From Candidatus Saccharimonadota bacterium (GTDB lineage Bacteria; Patescibacteriota; Saccharimonadia; Saccharimonadales; UBA4665), in NCBI GenBank assembly GCA_016700375.1, contig CP065016.1, forward strand, positions 570,001 through 602,000: a stretch of DNA of 32,000 nucleotides. The letters are read 5' to 3'. Under the pieces are notes generated by a model. That model was not told where the DNA came from and made no database searches. It saw only the letters and a program-made list of their open reading frames with translations. Made by a program: the position numbers and the translations under genes. This document shows, one piece after another, positions 9,501 through 18,375 of the stretch; within the stretch, counting starts at the first letter, position 1, and each line of letters begins with the position of its first letter.

Positions 9501-12500
9501 ATGCCGTAGTTGGTGTTCCCCTGGGCGGTGTTGCCGGTGATGGTGTTGTTGGAGGAGGAGGAGGAGAGGTAGATGCCGTAGTTGGTGTTCCCCTGGGCGG
9601 TGTTGCCGGTGATGGTGTTGTTGGAGGAGGAGAAGGAGAGGTAGATGCCATCATTCCGCCAGTTGTTTGCTTTAACGTTCGTTATGGTACCGCCTTGGAC
9701 GGCTGAACTGCCAGTACCAGAACCAACACCGTCAAAGTATACGCCGCGCATCGTACCACTTGTCTGGTTAGCTTTGTTACCGTCTAGTTTTAAGTCACGG
9801 ATGGTGATGCCGGTACCGTTACCGCCTGTAGTGGTGTTGGTGATGGCGTTGATGTGAGTGTTGAAGCTATTGGGTATAGTAATGAGCGTTCCAGTACCTA
9901 CACCAGCCAGAGTGGTGTTGTTTGGTACAGATATAGCAGCGTCTATGGTGTAGGTACCAGCTAGCAGGACTACTTTCTTGCCAGATCCGGCGGTGAGGGC
10001 TTGGTTTATCTCTACTTGGTCACCGTCACCTGCTGCTGCAGTGTCACCATCACCCAGGTAGTCAGCAGCAGCTTTGTCTTTAGCACTGGAGTCACTGGCA
10101 GCTACCAGTATGGCATCAGACTTGTCGGCTTGCCATTTAGCAGTAGTACCGTTGTAAACCAGCAGTTGTTTAGTATCTGTGTCGTAGTAGACCATACCGT
10201 CAGTACCAGCTGGTCTGCTGGCTGTGTTGCCGCCGGTTATTGTTATGCTTTGGCCAGCAGCCAGAACAGTGTCTTGGTTGAGGTTTATGGTTGTAGCGTT
10301 AGTAGTACCTATGTTTAGGGCTACGGCTGTAGCGGTGTCTAGTGTGGGAGTTAAGACACTGGTGTCTGCTCTGGCAGAACCAGTTATCCAGTAGTCTGCT
10401 GTCTGGGCGCTAGCGTTCTGGTTCTGGATGAAGTCTGTAGCACCAGGAGCACAGTTGCCTAGTGTTTCCATACAGAAGGTGTCATTGGCTCCAAGGACTG
10501 GAATAGATGCAGTGTAGTTACCTGTCTGGGCAGCTGACTGTATAGTTACTGTATTGGCGTTGGTGGCGTTAGCTATGACTATCTTACCTGCCACTGGGTT
10601 AGTACCGCCGTTGTAGTTACCTAGTTCTAATTCACCGTTGGTGGTATCTATGTTTAGGACACTGATGCCATTGGCGTTTTGGATGTTGAAGGCAGTGGTA
10701 GAGTTTGCTTGTTTGAAGCGAATGTCTAGGCCACCCTGGGTCATAGACTGGCCAGCGTAGATAGTACCTGTGCCAGCGTCGTTGATGGTGGCAGTGCCAG
10801 CAGTGGTGCTGAAGTTATTGTCGGCAAGGTAGTTAGTGTCGCTAGTGGAGTTAACTATGTTTATGGCATAGCAGGTGGTGGTACAGCTGGTGTCGGTGAT
10901 GTCGTTGCCGGTGATGGTGTTGGAGTCGGAAGTGTCTATATGTATGCCGTTGTTCGCGGTAGCGCCGCCGTTGTCATGGAGTTTGTTGCCAGAGACGGTG
11001 TTGTTGGAGGAGGATATGAGGTAGATGCCGGAGCCGCCGTTCCCCTGGGCGGTGTTGCCGGTGAGGGTGTTGTTGGAGGAGGAGTCGAGGGAGATGCCGT
11101 AGGTGTTCCCCTGGGCGGTGTTGCCGGTGAGGGTGTTGTTGGAGGAGGAGGAGAGGTAGATGCCTTGCCAGGTGTTCCCCTGGGCGGTGTTACTGGTGAG
11201 GGTGTTGTTGGAAGAGGAGGAGTCGAGATATATGCCCGTTCCGTTCCCCTGGGCGGTGTTACTGGTGAGGGTGTTGTTGGAAGAGGAGGAGTCGAGATAT
11301 ATGCCCGTTCCGTTCCCCTGGGTGGTGTTGCCGGTGATGGTGTTGTTGGAGGAGGAGGAGAGGTAGATGCCTTGCCAGGCGTTACCCTGGGCGGTGTTGC
11401 CGGTGAGGGTGTTGTTGGAGGAGGAGGAGAGGTAGATGCCGTAGTTGGTGTTCCCCTGGGCGGTGTTGCCGGTGAGGGTGTTGTGGGAGGAGGAGATGAG
11501 GTAGATGCCGTAGTTGGTGTTCCCCTGGGTGGTGTTGCCGGTGAGGGTGTTGTTGGAGGAGGAGATGAGGTAGATGCCGTAGTTGGTGTTCCCCTGGGTG
11601 GTGTTGCCGGTGATGGTGTTGTTGGAGGAGGAGAGGAGGAAGATGCCACTATTTCGCCAGTTGTTTGCTTTAACGTTCGTTATGGTACCGCCTTGGACGG
11701 CTGAACTGCCAGTACCAGAACCAACGCCGTTGAAGTATACGCCGTACATAGTGCCACTTGTCTGGTTAGCTTTGTTACCGTCTAGTTTTAAGTCACGGAT
11801 GGTGATGCCGGTACCGTTACCGCCTGTTGTGGTGTTGGTGATGGCGTTGATGTGAGTGTTGAAGCTATTGGGTATAGTAATGAGCGTTCCAGTACCTACA
11901 CCAGCCAGAGTGGTGTTGTTTGGTACAGATATAGCAGCGTCTATGGTGTAGGTACCAGCTAGTAGAACTACTTTCTTGCCAGATCCGGCGGTGAGAGCTT
12001 GGTTTATCTGGACTTGGTCACCGTCACCTGCTGCTGCGGTGTCACCATCACCCAGGTAGTCAGCAGCGGCTTTGTCTTTGGCACTAGAGTCACTGGCAGC
12101 TACCAGTATGGCATCAGACTTGTCGGCTTGCCATTTAGCAGTAGTACCGTTGTAAACCAGCAGTTGTTTAGTATCTGTGTCGTAATAGACCATGCCGTCA
12201 GTGCCGGCTGGTCTGCTGGCTGTGTTGCCGCCGGTTATTGTTATGCTTTGGCCAGCAGCAAGAACAGTGTCTTGGTTGAGGTTGATGCTGGTGGCATTGG
12301 TCGTCCCAATGTTCAGGGCAACAGCAGTGGCGGTGTCTATGAGGGGGGTGAGGACCGAGGCGTCGGCTCGAGCAGTACCAGAAATCCAGGAGTTCGCTGT
12401 TTGTGCACTAGCGTTTTGGTTCTGGATGAAGTTGGTAGCGGTTGGTGCAAGCACTGATGCATCGCAGGTACTAACTACCCCGCCGTTTGTACATAGGAGG

Positions 12501-15500
12501 GTTGTACTTGTTGACGTCTGTGGAGTAACACTAAGTGTGCCCTGAATAGTAGTAGTGGTGGCCACACGACCAATGGTGACGACACTGGCGTTCGTGGTGC
12601 CGATGGAGACGGTACCAGCCGTGGTGGTAGCCGTACCTGTGTCTATGACGATGTTACCAGAAGCACCAGCAGAAGCATTGCCGGTGGCTATGGTCGTATC
12701 GCTGGAAGTTGTACCAGCGCTGGAGGCGACGGTAACACCGCCTGCACCTTGCAGCGTGAGGAGACCAGCGTTCGTGCCCCAGGTGGCAGCGGCGGCACTG
12801 GTGAGGGTAAGGGCACCCGTGTTGGTGGTAAAGCTACTGGCAGCGTTCGAGGTGATGCTGACGGCACCGGCTGTAGCAGAGCCGATGGTGGTAGTACTAG
12901 TGCCAGTGGTGTTAATGTTGGTGGCGCCGAGGACGGTTGTTGTGCCAGTGATGGCATTGGTAGCAGAAGCGTTACCAATGGTAGTCGTAGCAGCACCAGT
13001 CATATTGATGTTAGTGGTACCAGTTAGGCTGGTGGTGCCACTTGTGACAGTGAAGTTCTTGCCAGTGACGACGGTGGTGTCACCATTGAGGGTTACGGCA
13101 CCAGTGCCGGTAGCAAACGTGCCGCTGCTGGCAGATTGATCAAAGTTGCCAGTACCAGCTGCGAAGGTAATGTTTTGGTTCGCGGCGATGCTGACGTTTT
13201 TGTTCAAGTTTATCTGGGTCGCATTTGTCGTCCCGATGTTCAGGGCAACAGCAGTGGCGGTGTCTACGAGGGGGGTGAGGACAGAGCTATCTGCCCGACC
13301 CGTACCGTCTATCCAGAAGTTAGCGCTCGTTTGAGCACTGGCATTTTGGTTCTGGATGCCGGTGGTGGAGGTCAGGCCACCGCAGTTGTTCTGGCTGGTA
13401 CATATATCTGCATTGGCGGTGAGGGCTGGGATACTGAGGGTATAGCTACCGGTTTGGGTGGCAGAGGCGAGGGTGACGGTGTTGCTATTGGCGGTAGTAG
13501 CAAACACTATCTTCCCAGCTACTGGGTTGGTACCACCATTGTAACTACCAAGTTCTAGTTCACCGTTTGTGGTGTCTACATTGAGGACGTTAACACCATT
13601 GGCGTTCTGGATGTTTACTGCAGCTGTAGAATTAGCCTGCTTGAAGCGGATGTCTAAGCCACCTTGAGTCATAGCCTGACCAGCGTAGATGGTACCCGTG
13701 CCAGCATCATTGATGGTGGCAGCATAGGTACCGTCGCCGGTGAAGGTGTTACCGGAGAGGTAGTTACTGGTAGCACCAGCGAGAAGGAGATTGATCGCGT
13801 AACAGGTCGTTGTACAGCTTGTGTCTGTGATAGTATTGCCGATAATCGTATTGTTGGATGAGGTGCCAATATAGATGCCGTTATTCGCCGTTGAACCACC
13901 ATTGTCTGCTAAGGTGTTGCCAGATACAGTATTTGCGTTAGATACGATAACGATACCTGCCGAATTCCCCCTCACACTGTTGCCATTCAGCGTATTATTA
14001 GCTGAGGAAGAGGAGACATATATACCGTAGCTTGTATTCCCTTGTATGGTATTGCTCGAGACGGTATTACTGCTCGATGAGGTAGTAATATATATGCCGT
14101 AGCTAGTGTTTCCCTGCGAAGTATTTCCGCTAATTGTGTTATTTGAAGAAGAGGTAGCTACAATTCCATACGAGGTATTCCCTTGTGCGGTATTGCCAGT
14201 TAGGGTGTTATTGTTGGAGGAAGATATATTGATTCCAATGCCATTGTTCCCCTGTGCGGTATTGCCAGTTAGGGTGTTATTGTTGGAGGAAGATACAAAG
14301 AAACCGTCAGTAAAGCTACCCTGTGCAGTGTTGCTAGTAAGTGTATTGTTGGACGAAGATGAGATAAGGGCGAAGCTATAGTAAGCGTTAGCCTGTGCGG
14401 TATTTCCCGCGAGCACATTGTTGCTAGAACTACGTAGACATATGCCGACACCGACTTGACAGTTGGAGCCACCTAGGCCAGCCCAGTTATTTGCCTGTAC
14501 ACCCGATATCCGAGCACCTTGCCGCGCGCTTGAGCCTGTCCCGCCACCCATGTTATTGAAATCAACACCCGCCATACCCGTGCCAACACCCATAGACTGA
14601 TTCGCATTGTTACCATCAAGCTTGAGGTCTCTGAGGGTGACATTGGTGCCGGTGGTGGTATCAGTGTTGACGATGGCACTAAAGTTGACGTTCAGAGCGT
14701 TAGGAGTGGTAATGAGTGTACCCTGCCCTATACCAGAGAGAGTGGTGTTGTTCGGAATGGAGATGGATGCATCTATGGTGTAGGTACCGGCCAGAAGCAC
14801 CACCTTCTTGCCTGCTCCGGCTGTGAGAGCTTGGTTTATCTGGACTTGGTCGCCATCATTCGCAGCACCAGTATTACCATCACCCACATAGTCAGCAGCC
14901 GCTTTATCTGCGTCAGAAGAGTTACTGGCAGCAACAAGAATAGCTTCGCTTCTATCTGCCTGCCACTTGCCATTGGCGTAGGTGAGGAGTTGTTTGGTGG
15001 TGGTGTCATAGTAGACCATGCCTTCGGTGGGACTTGCAGGACGGGAGGCGGTGTTACCGCCGGTGATGGTGATGGATTGGCCAGCGGCAAGAACAGTGTC
15101 TTGGTTGAGGTTGATGATGGTGGCATTGGTCGTCCCAATGTTCAGGGCAACAGCAGTGGCGGTGTCTATGAGGGGGGTAAGGATAGAGGTGTCAGCCCGA
15201 CCGGTGCCAGATATCCAGAAGTTAGCTGTTGTCTGTGCAGAGGCGTTTTGGTTTTGGATGCCGGTGGTTGAGGTAAGAGGCGTAGCGGAGCAAGCGGCAA
15301 GTTGGTTGCTCCCATTCTGGCATACAAACGTACTCCCTGCTGTACCACTCAGCGTAACAACCGTATTGCCCTGGATAGTAGTTGTAGTAGCAGCACGGCC
15401 TATAGTGACGCCGCTTGCGTTGGTGGTGCCAATCGATACTGTGCCAGCAGTGGTAGTAGCCGTGCCAGTGTCTATGACTATGTTGCCGCTGGCACCAGCG

Positions 15501-17386
15501 CTGGCATTACCCGTAGAGATAGTCGTGTCGCTTGATGTAGTACCGGCAGCACTGGTTACTGTAGTGCCGCCTGCTCCCTGCAGGGTCAGCAGACCAGCGT
15601 TGGTGCCCCAGGTGGCAGCAGCGGCACTGGTAAGGGTTAATGCCCCGGTGTTGGTCGTGAAGCTACTGGCAGCGTTCGAGGTGATGCTGACGGCACCAGC
15701 TGTAGCAGAGCCAATGGTAGTGGTAGCAGTCCCAGTGGTATTGATGTTGGTGGTGCCGGCAGCCGTGATGGTGCTACCAGTGAGATCAAGCGTGCCCGTA
15801 GTGTTACCAATGGTGGTATTGCCGGTACCCGTACCAAGGTTGGTAGCAGCAGCACCGGAGGTATTTATGTTGGTGGTGCCGGTAACAGCTATTGAGCTCC
15901 CGCTCTGAACACTAATAGTACCCGCTGCACTATTACCAATAGTTACAGCCCCTGTGCTTGTGCCTGTATTGATATTGGTATCAAAGTTACTATTTGCATT
16001 GAGGCTTATCGTACCGCCAGAAACACTACCGCCAGCACTAGCTGTTACAGTGCCGGTAAATGTTTTATCGCCAGCAAAAGTTTGCACCCCAGTGCTAACA
16101 AGCCCAGGACTGGTACCATCAGCCGTTTGCAAATATATACCGTTGCCCGATACGACTGCGCCATCGCCACTCTTTGTCTGACTATCTATAGTACCTATAA
16201 ATGTAACGCCATTACCTGCACCATCAATGTTCGTAGCGGTCCAAGCGCTACCATCATATATATATGTCTGTGCCTTGCCGGCTTGAATACTCACGCCATG
16301 CATTGTGAACGCAACACTACCGGTATTAAGTACATAGGAAAGGCGACCCGCCGTGCTACTCGTAGGCGCTGGTAGGCTCAATGTTCTCCCAGCTGTTGTC
16401 TGAGGTATAACAAATGTTGTATATGTATCTACCGTTGCAGCAGCCGTGCCAATTGCACCACTCGCCGCAAAGTCACTCAGCGTCGAACCGGTCAAAAGTG
16501 TCGAGCCATTGTTCGTAAACTGAGAGCCATTCGTAACGAACGGCCCCTGTACTGTTGTGGTGATAGTTGACTTACCTATGCTAATCGATGTCGCATTCGT
16601 CGTACCAATCCCCAGTGCGGCTGCCGTATTACTATCAATAAGCGGCGCTTGAAACGCCGTATCCGCCCTACCCGTTCCCGATAGCCAGAAGTTTGACGTT
16701 GTCTGTGCTGCCCCAAACTGGTTTTGAATAAATCCAGCATTTATTTGGGTCTCGGTGAGGAGGTTGTAGGTGCCGGCTGCTCCTTGGTCTTGGATGGTAA
16801 AGGTTTGGTTGCCGCTGGTTGGAGCAGCAATGCTGAGAGTGGCGAGGTTAGCTCCAGAGCTAGTGACGATCTGCCCCGCCGTCTTAGCATTAAACGCATA
16901 AGGCACTGCGGTGAGCTTGAGTCTTGGGGACATCTCTCCGTCCCAAGTAGGAGTAGCGGTTTGGGTGGTACCACCAACGTTCATGGTGAGGTAGAGCTGT
17001 TGGTCCCAGGGCATCGTACCGGGGAAAGCCGTTTGAGAACCAAGGTTAACGGTGACGTAGCCATTGGCTACTCGGACACGGTTGTCGTTGCCAGCAGTGA
17101 CACCGTTGCTATCGTAGTAGGTTTCAGTCCAGAGGAGTGTTCCCCCACTGGCAGCGTCGTAGAGCTTGAACTCGATGTTGTAGTAGCCGTCTGGGGCAAT
17201 GGCACCAGTCGCTGTTTCCAAACGAGCCTGGAAGTTCAGGTTGTCACTGGTGGCGGCATAGGCGGTCTGAGAACCGAGGCCAACACGCGTGAGTGACGCG
17301 GGGAGGAGCGCGCGCGTATAGGAAAACAGGGGGAGGATGAGCAAAAACAAAACCAAGACAACTTGGGTGCCGTACTTCGAGTTCAT
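6569..17386 (-). CDS. Giant (~3605 aa) secreted/surface protein: tail-fibre-like segments, three parallel beta-helix (pectate-lyase/tailspike-like) modules and a CBM4/9-like C-terminal region
   Basis: One uninterrupted ORF (track 6569..17608).
- Start: I place it at ATG 17386 (MNSKYGTQVVLVLFLLILPLFSY, a signal/TM segment). The upstream 74 codons are Arg/Ser/Leu-rich and do not look like protein.
- A motif recurs six times: IQNQNA(S)AQT..FWISGTGRAD..LTPLIDTATAVALNIGTTNAT.
- Each of three modules contains GMVYYDT.TKQLL.Y....KWQAD, DGDQVQINQALTAG.GKKVVLLAGTYTIDA.ISIPNNTTL.G.G.GTLIT (the N-terminal motif of pectate-lyase-3/tailspike folds), and about 6-12 PbH1-type repeats (SSSNNTLTGNTAQGNTNYGIYL).
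- The C-terminal part has a jelly-roll CBM-like pattern: ELASNGGAE....W......GEAGVKV...TTYTVSF....IYVDNLSF. Confidence 0.85.
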   Translation of the reverse strand: MNSKYGTQVVLVLFLLILPLFSYTRALLPASLTRVGLGSQTAYAATSDNLNFQARLETATGAIAPDGYYNIEFKLYDAASGGTLLWTETYYDSNGVTAGNDNRVRVANGYVTVNLGSQTAFPGTMPWDQQLYLTMNVGGTTQTATPTWDGEMSPRLKLTAVPYAFNAKTAGQIVTSSGANLATLSIAAPTSGNQTFTIQDQGAAGTYNLLTETQINAGFIQNQFGAAQTTSNFWLSGTGRADTAFQAPLIDSNTAAALGIGTTNATSISIGKSTITTTVQGPFVTNGSQFTNNGSTLLTGSTLSDFAASGAIGTAAATVDTYTTFVIPQTTAGRTLSLPAPTSSTAGRLSYVLNTGSVAFTMHGVSIQAGKAQTYIYDGSAWTATNIDGAGNGVTFIGTIDSQTKSGDGAVVSGNGIYLQTADGTSPGLVSTGVQTFAGDKTFTGTVTASAGGSVSGGTISLNANSNFDTNINTGTSTGAVTIGNSAAGTISVQSGSSIAVTGTTNINTSGAAATNLGTGTGNTTIGNTTGTLDLTGSTITAAGTTNINTTGTATTTIGSATAGAVSITSNAASSFTTNTGALTLTSAAAATWGTNAGLLTLQGAGGTTVTSAAGTTSSDTTISTGNASAGASGNIVIDTGTATTTAGTVSIGTTNASGVTIGRAATTTTIQGNTVVTLSGTAGSTFVCQNGSNQLAACSATPLTSTTGIQNQNASAQTTANFWISGTGRADTSILTPLIDTATAVALNIGTTNATIINLNQDTVLAAGQSITITGGNTASRPASPTEGMVYYDTTTKQLLTYANGKWQADRSEAILVAASNSSDADKAAADYVGDGNTGAANDGDQVQINQALTAGAGKKVVLLAGTYTIDASISIPNNTTLSGIGQGTLITTPNALNVNFSAIVNTDTTTGTNVTLRDLKLDGNNANQSMGVGTGMAGVDFNNMGGGTGSSARQGARISGVQANNWAGLGGSNCQVGVGICLRSSSNNVLAGNTAQANAYYSFALISSSSNNTLTSNTAQGSFTDGFFVSSSNNNTLTGNTAQGNNGIGINISSSNNNTLTGNTAQGNTSYGIVATSSSNNTISGNTSQGNTSYGIYITTSSSSNTVSSNTIQGNTSYGIYVSSSSANNTLNGNSVRGNSAGIVIVSNANTVSGNTLADNGGSTANNGIYIGTSSNNTIIGNTITDTSCTTTCYAINLLLAGATSNYLSGNTFTGDGTYAATINDAGTGTIYAGQAMTQGGLDIRFKQANSTAAVNIQNANGVNVLNVDTTNGELELGSYNGGTNPVAGKIVFATTANSNTVTLASATQTGSYTLSIPALTANADICTSQNNCGGLTSTTGIQNQNASAQTSANFWIDGTGRADSSVLTPLVDTATAVALNIGTTNATQINLNKNVSIAANQNITFAAGTGNFDQSASSGTFATGTGAVTLNGDTTVVTGKNFTVTSGTTSLTGTTNINMTGAATTTIGNASATNAITGTTTVLGATNINTTGTSTTTIGSATAGAVSITSNAASSFTTNTGALTLTSAAAATWGTNAGLLTLQGAGGVTVASSAGTTSSDTTIATGNASAGASGNIVIDTGTATTTAGTVSIGTTNASVVTIGRVATTTTIQGTLSVTPQTSTSTTLLCTNGGVVSTCDASVLAPTATNFIQNQNASAQTANSWISGTARADASVLTPLIDTATAVALNIGTTNATSINLNQDTVLAAGQSITITGGNTASRPAGTDGMVYYDTDTKQLLVYNGTTAKWQADKSDAILVAASDSSAKDKAAADYLGDGDTAAAGDGDQVQINQALTAGSGKKVVLLAGTYTIDAAISVPNNTTLAGVGTGTLITIPNSFNTHINAITNTTTGGNGTGITIRDLKLDGNKANQTSGTMYGVYFNGVGSGTGSSAVQGGTITNVKANNWRNSGIFLLSSSNNTITGNTTQGNTNYGIYLISSSNNTLTGNTTQGNTNYGIYLISSSHNTLTGNTAQGNTNYGIYLSSSSNNTLTGNTAQGNAWQGIYLSSSSNNTITGNTTQGNGTGIYLDSSSSNNTLTSNTAQGNGTGIYLDSSSSNNTLTSNTAQGNTWQGIYLSSSSNNTLTGNTAQGNTYGISLDSSSNNTLTGNTAQGNGGSGIYLISSSNNTVSGNKLHDNGGATANNGIHIDTSDSNTITGNDITDTSCTTTCYAINIVNSTSDTNYLADNNFSTTAGTATINDAGTGTIYAGQSMTQGGLDIRFKQANSTTAFNIQNANGISVLNIDTTNGELELGNYNGGTNPVAGKIVIANATNANTVTIQSAAQTGNYTASIPVLGANDTFCMETLGNCAPGATDFIQNQNASAQTADYWITGSARADTSVLTPTLDTATAVALNIGTTNATTINLNQDTVLAAGQSITITGGNTASRPAGTDGMVYYDTDTKQLLVYNGTTAKWQADKSDAILVAASDSSAKDKAAADYLGDGDTAAAGDGDQVEINQALTAGSGKKVVLLAGTYTIDAAISVPNNTTLAGVGTGTLITIPNSFNTHINAITNTTTGGNGTGITIRDLKLDGNKANQTSGTMRGVYFDGVGSGTGSSAVQGGTITNVKANNWRNDGIYLSFSSSNNTITGNTAQGNTNYGIYLSSSSSNNTITGNTAQGNTNYGIYLSSSSNNTLTSNTTQGNNYGIGLNSSSNNTITGNTTQGNTYGITLSSSSNNTISGNTAQGNTYGIYLSSSSSNNTVSGNKIHDNGGATANNGMYINASDSNTITGNSITDTSCTTTCYAINIANSTSDTNYLADNNFSTTAGTATINDAGTGTIYAGQSMTQGGLDIRFRQANSTTAFNIQNANGISVLNIDTTNGELELGNYNGGTNPVAGKIVIANATNANTVTIQSAAQTGNYTLDIPALAGNATICTNNSTTACGNFIQNQNAAQQASSNFWLSGTGRADTSILTPLLDTATATVLNIGANNASSTTIGKAAGTAAINLSASTINLGIATTATVVQGAAQTTNNTNGSQLTIKGSAGLGTGNGGTLLLSGGDAGGTGVLGLVNLNPTAFTGTSQNCTVATCSITAATVNSNSTALVNNTYAGSTVTLADPTLTTAGRVMYVTNSGTQDMTLSVNGGGQGNTIALKPNTTATMFWNGVDWTAAGASSATDLQAAYNNTQTAAGGAEIVLRSTADSPAGTGGLTVRNNSGVPISGGLLEIQTSIGTNLFSVNSYGTELASNGGAETAGGSATTFPASTWSAQSGATVTRSVTSGEYQTGEAGVKVVTGASNLHGVRNQLTANPVASTTYTVSFTAASSTAGQNTTPIEVIYSPDNGTTLTNLCQGYGGGYTTSRPLSNSTNYNWTKVTCTITTTGAAVTTPLLIIRQTDATARTIYVDNLSFIRNDSTTRPASVQMGGGNTGGQVTLFTLDRSSTAPLVSNGDDRYLGSMYFDTTLGNIQCYEADGWGACGSAPDNIITYTPEYTGAVLNGTGVGTMTADFCGNGGGLSVNTGFCASGEARNYYRWTSPQASDQTYSIYVSYRLPSTFKEFESGTTSLISLVDNTSNASVKYAIFKKTSTGGLTSCSADATMSGTVSTWNSTTPTTDLGTGACHTGGATPFAAGDTMVVRITVSAKSNASAYVENLTFRYSNK
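8789..10433 (-). repeat. Intragenic module C of the giant protein
   Basis: Anchor 8789 (GTAGTTACCTGT...) corresponds to 10514, and anchor 10421 (GTTCTGGATGAAG) corresponds to 12419. The PbH1 array lies at ~9200-9660. Confidence 0.85.
10514..12431 (-). repeat. Intragenic module B of the giant protein
   Basis: Long stretches differ from module C only by scattered substitutions, for example 11651-11900 versus 9661-9900. Module B is ~273 bp longer because its PbH1 array (10930-11650) has extra units. Confidence 0.85.
13439..15262 (-). repeat. Intragenic module A of the giant protein (most diverged copy)
   Basis: Colinear with modules B and C at protein level (IQNQNASAQTTANFWISGTGRAD ... TQTGSYTLSIP). 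The DNA is clearly diverged. The PbH1 array lies at ~13860-14470. Confidence 0.75.
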
Positions 17387-17945
17387 GTGTAGTTTCTTCC
17401 CGAGAAGCGAAGAAAGACGTATCGACATACGGCGCAACGAGCATCGTAGGGAAAAACTGCGCAGGAACCGAAGAAGCCATGCTGGCGGCCAGCTGTGCTG
17501 GGCGGAGGCGTGGCTGGTACGGCGGCTAAGGACGACAAAGGCCCTCTTGGCTGAGAGCCAGAGGGTGCATGCGAAGAACGCTTGCGCTGTACGTTTTAGT
17601 TTGAACATGTGTTTTGTAAAGTGTTTGTGTTGGTTTCTCGGTTTTTTTGAGATACCAATCTTTGTTTCGGATTTTGCCTAGTTTTTGGTTTTGGCCTATC
17701 CTGCACAGAAGTATGCCCCATACGAACCACCTGTTACAAGAGAAAAGTGAAAGAAAGTTATGCAAAAAAATGTATTCAATTTTGACAAATCAACAGATGT
17801 TTTTCGTAGTGTTTTATACTACAATTATTCATTACCCCTGTTATTTTCATGAAAATAGAGCAGAATTGATTCTGATTCAGCATGCAAATTTGTAGCAATA
17901 TTCACTACGAATAATATATTCTCCTAAAGTTATCCACAGGTACAT

Positions 17946-17980
17946 ACAAAAACACCCGCACGCAGCGGGTGTTTTTGGGC
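17946..17980 (-). terminator. Rho-independent terminator downstream of rplU (A- and T-tracts on both sides, so possibly bidirectional)
   Basis: A 9-bp stem, AACACCCGC (17951-17959) and GCGGGTGTT (17965-17973), encloses the loop ACGCA. On the minus strand the hairpin is followed by TTTTTGTATGTA. It lies 28 nt after the rplU stop. Confidence 0.8.
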
Positions 17981-18001
17981 TAATACTCCTAGAGCTAGAG
18001 G

Positions 18002-18310
18002 CTACGCAATACTGTCGATCACGACCGTGGTCTGCGCCTGGCGATGGCCACGAGTTTTGTGCACGCGCTTTTTCGCCTTGTAGCGTATAGCCGTGACTTT
18101 ATCTGCCTTTGCCTCCGCGTCTACTACGGTAGCCTTTACCGCCACGCCCTTTACCAAGGGCGCACCTACGGTAGTCTTTTCGCCGTCTACAACGAGCAAT
18201 GCGTCAAAGCTGAGTTTGGTATCGTCACCAGTGAGCCGCTCGATGGAAAGTGTTTGACCTTCGGCTACGACATATTGTTTGCCGCCGGTAGCAATAACTG
18301 CTTTTTTCAT
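18002..18310 (-). CDS. rplU: 50S ribosomal protein bL21
   Basis: Reads MKKAVIATGGKQYVVAEGQTLSIERL....KVTAIRYKAKKRVHKTRGHRQAQTTVVIDSI, the bL21 signature (TGGKQY, GHRQ). I prefer ATG 18310 because AGGTGA lies 5 nt upstream. The track start 18319 is the GTG inside that Shine-Dalgarno sequence. Confidence 0.9.
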   Translation of the reverse strand: MKKAVIATGGKQYVVAEGQTLSIERLTGDDTKLSFDALLVVDGEKTTVGAPLVKGVAVKATVVDAEAKADKVTAIRYKAKKRVHKTRGHRQAQTTVVIDSIA

Positions 18311-18375
18311 ACTTTTCACCTAACCTTACGTTTACTATTGCACCCAAGTTTATCACTTACACCCCTGTTTGTAAA

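Noticed and set aside
9200-11650. Regular short tandem repeats that could be mistaken for a CRISPR array.
   Set aside because: The units are contiguous, with no unique spacers. They are in frame and encode the SSSNNT(L/I)TGNTAQGN parallel beta-helix repeat. No cas genes lie nearby. The Cas2-like domain at 18465-18944 belongs to a PaaX-type regulator.
9011-11704. Long ORFs in other frames or on the other strand across the PbH1 repeat arrays: 9011..9706(+) and 10940..11704(+), Gly/Val-rich; 9211..9654(-) and 10936..11649(-), Pro/Thr-rich.
   Set aside because: They lie wholly inside the 3600-aa ORF and are low-complexity translations of its ~66-69-bp tandem coding repeats. Repeats suppress stop codons in all frames.
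17387-17608. The 74-codon N-terminal extension of the giant ORF (MFKLKRTAQAFF...).
   Set aside because: The Arg/Ser/Leu-rich sequence lacks protein-like character. A good signal/TM sequence begins at Met75 (17386).
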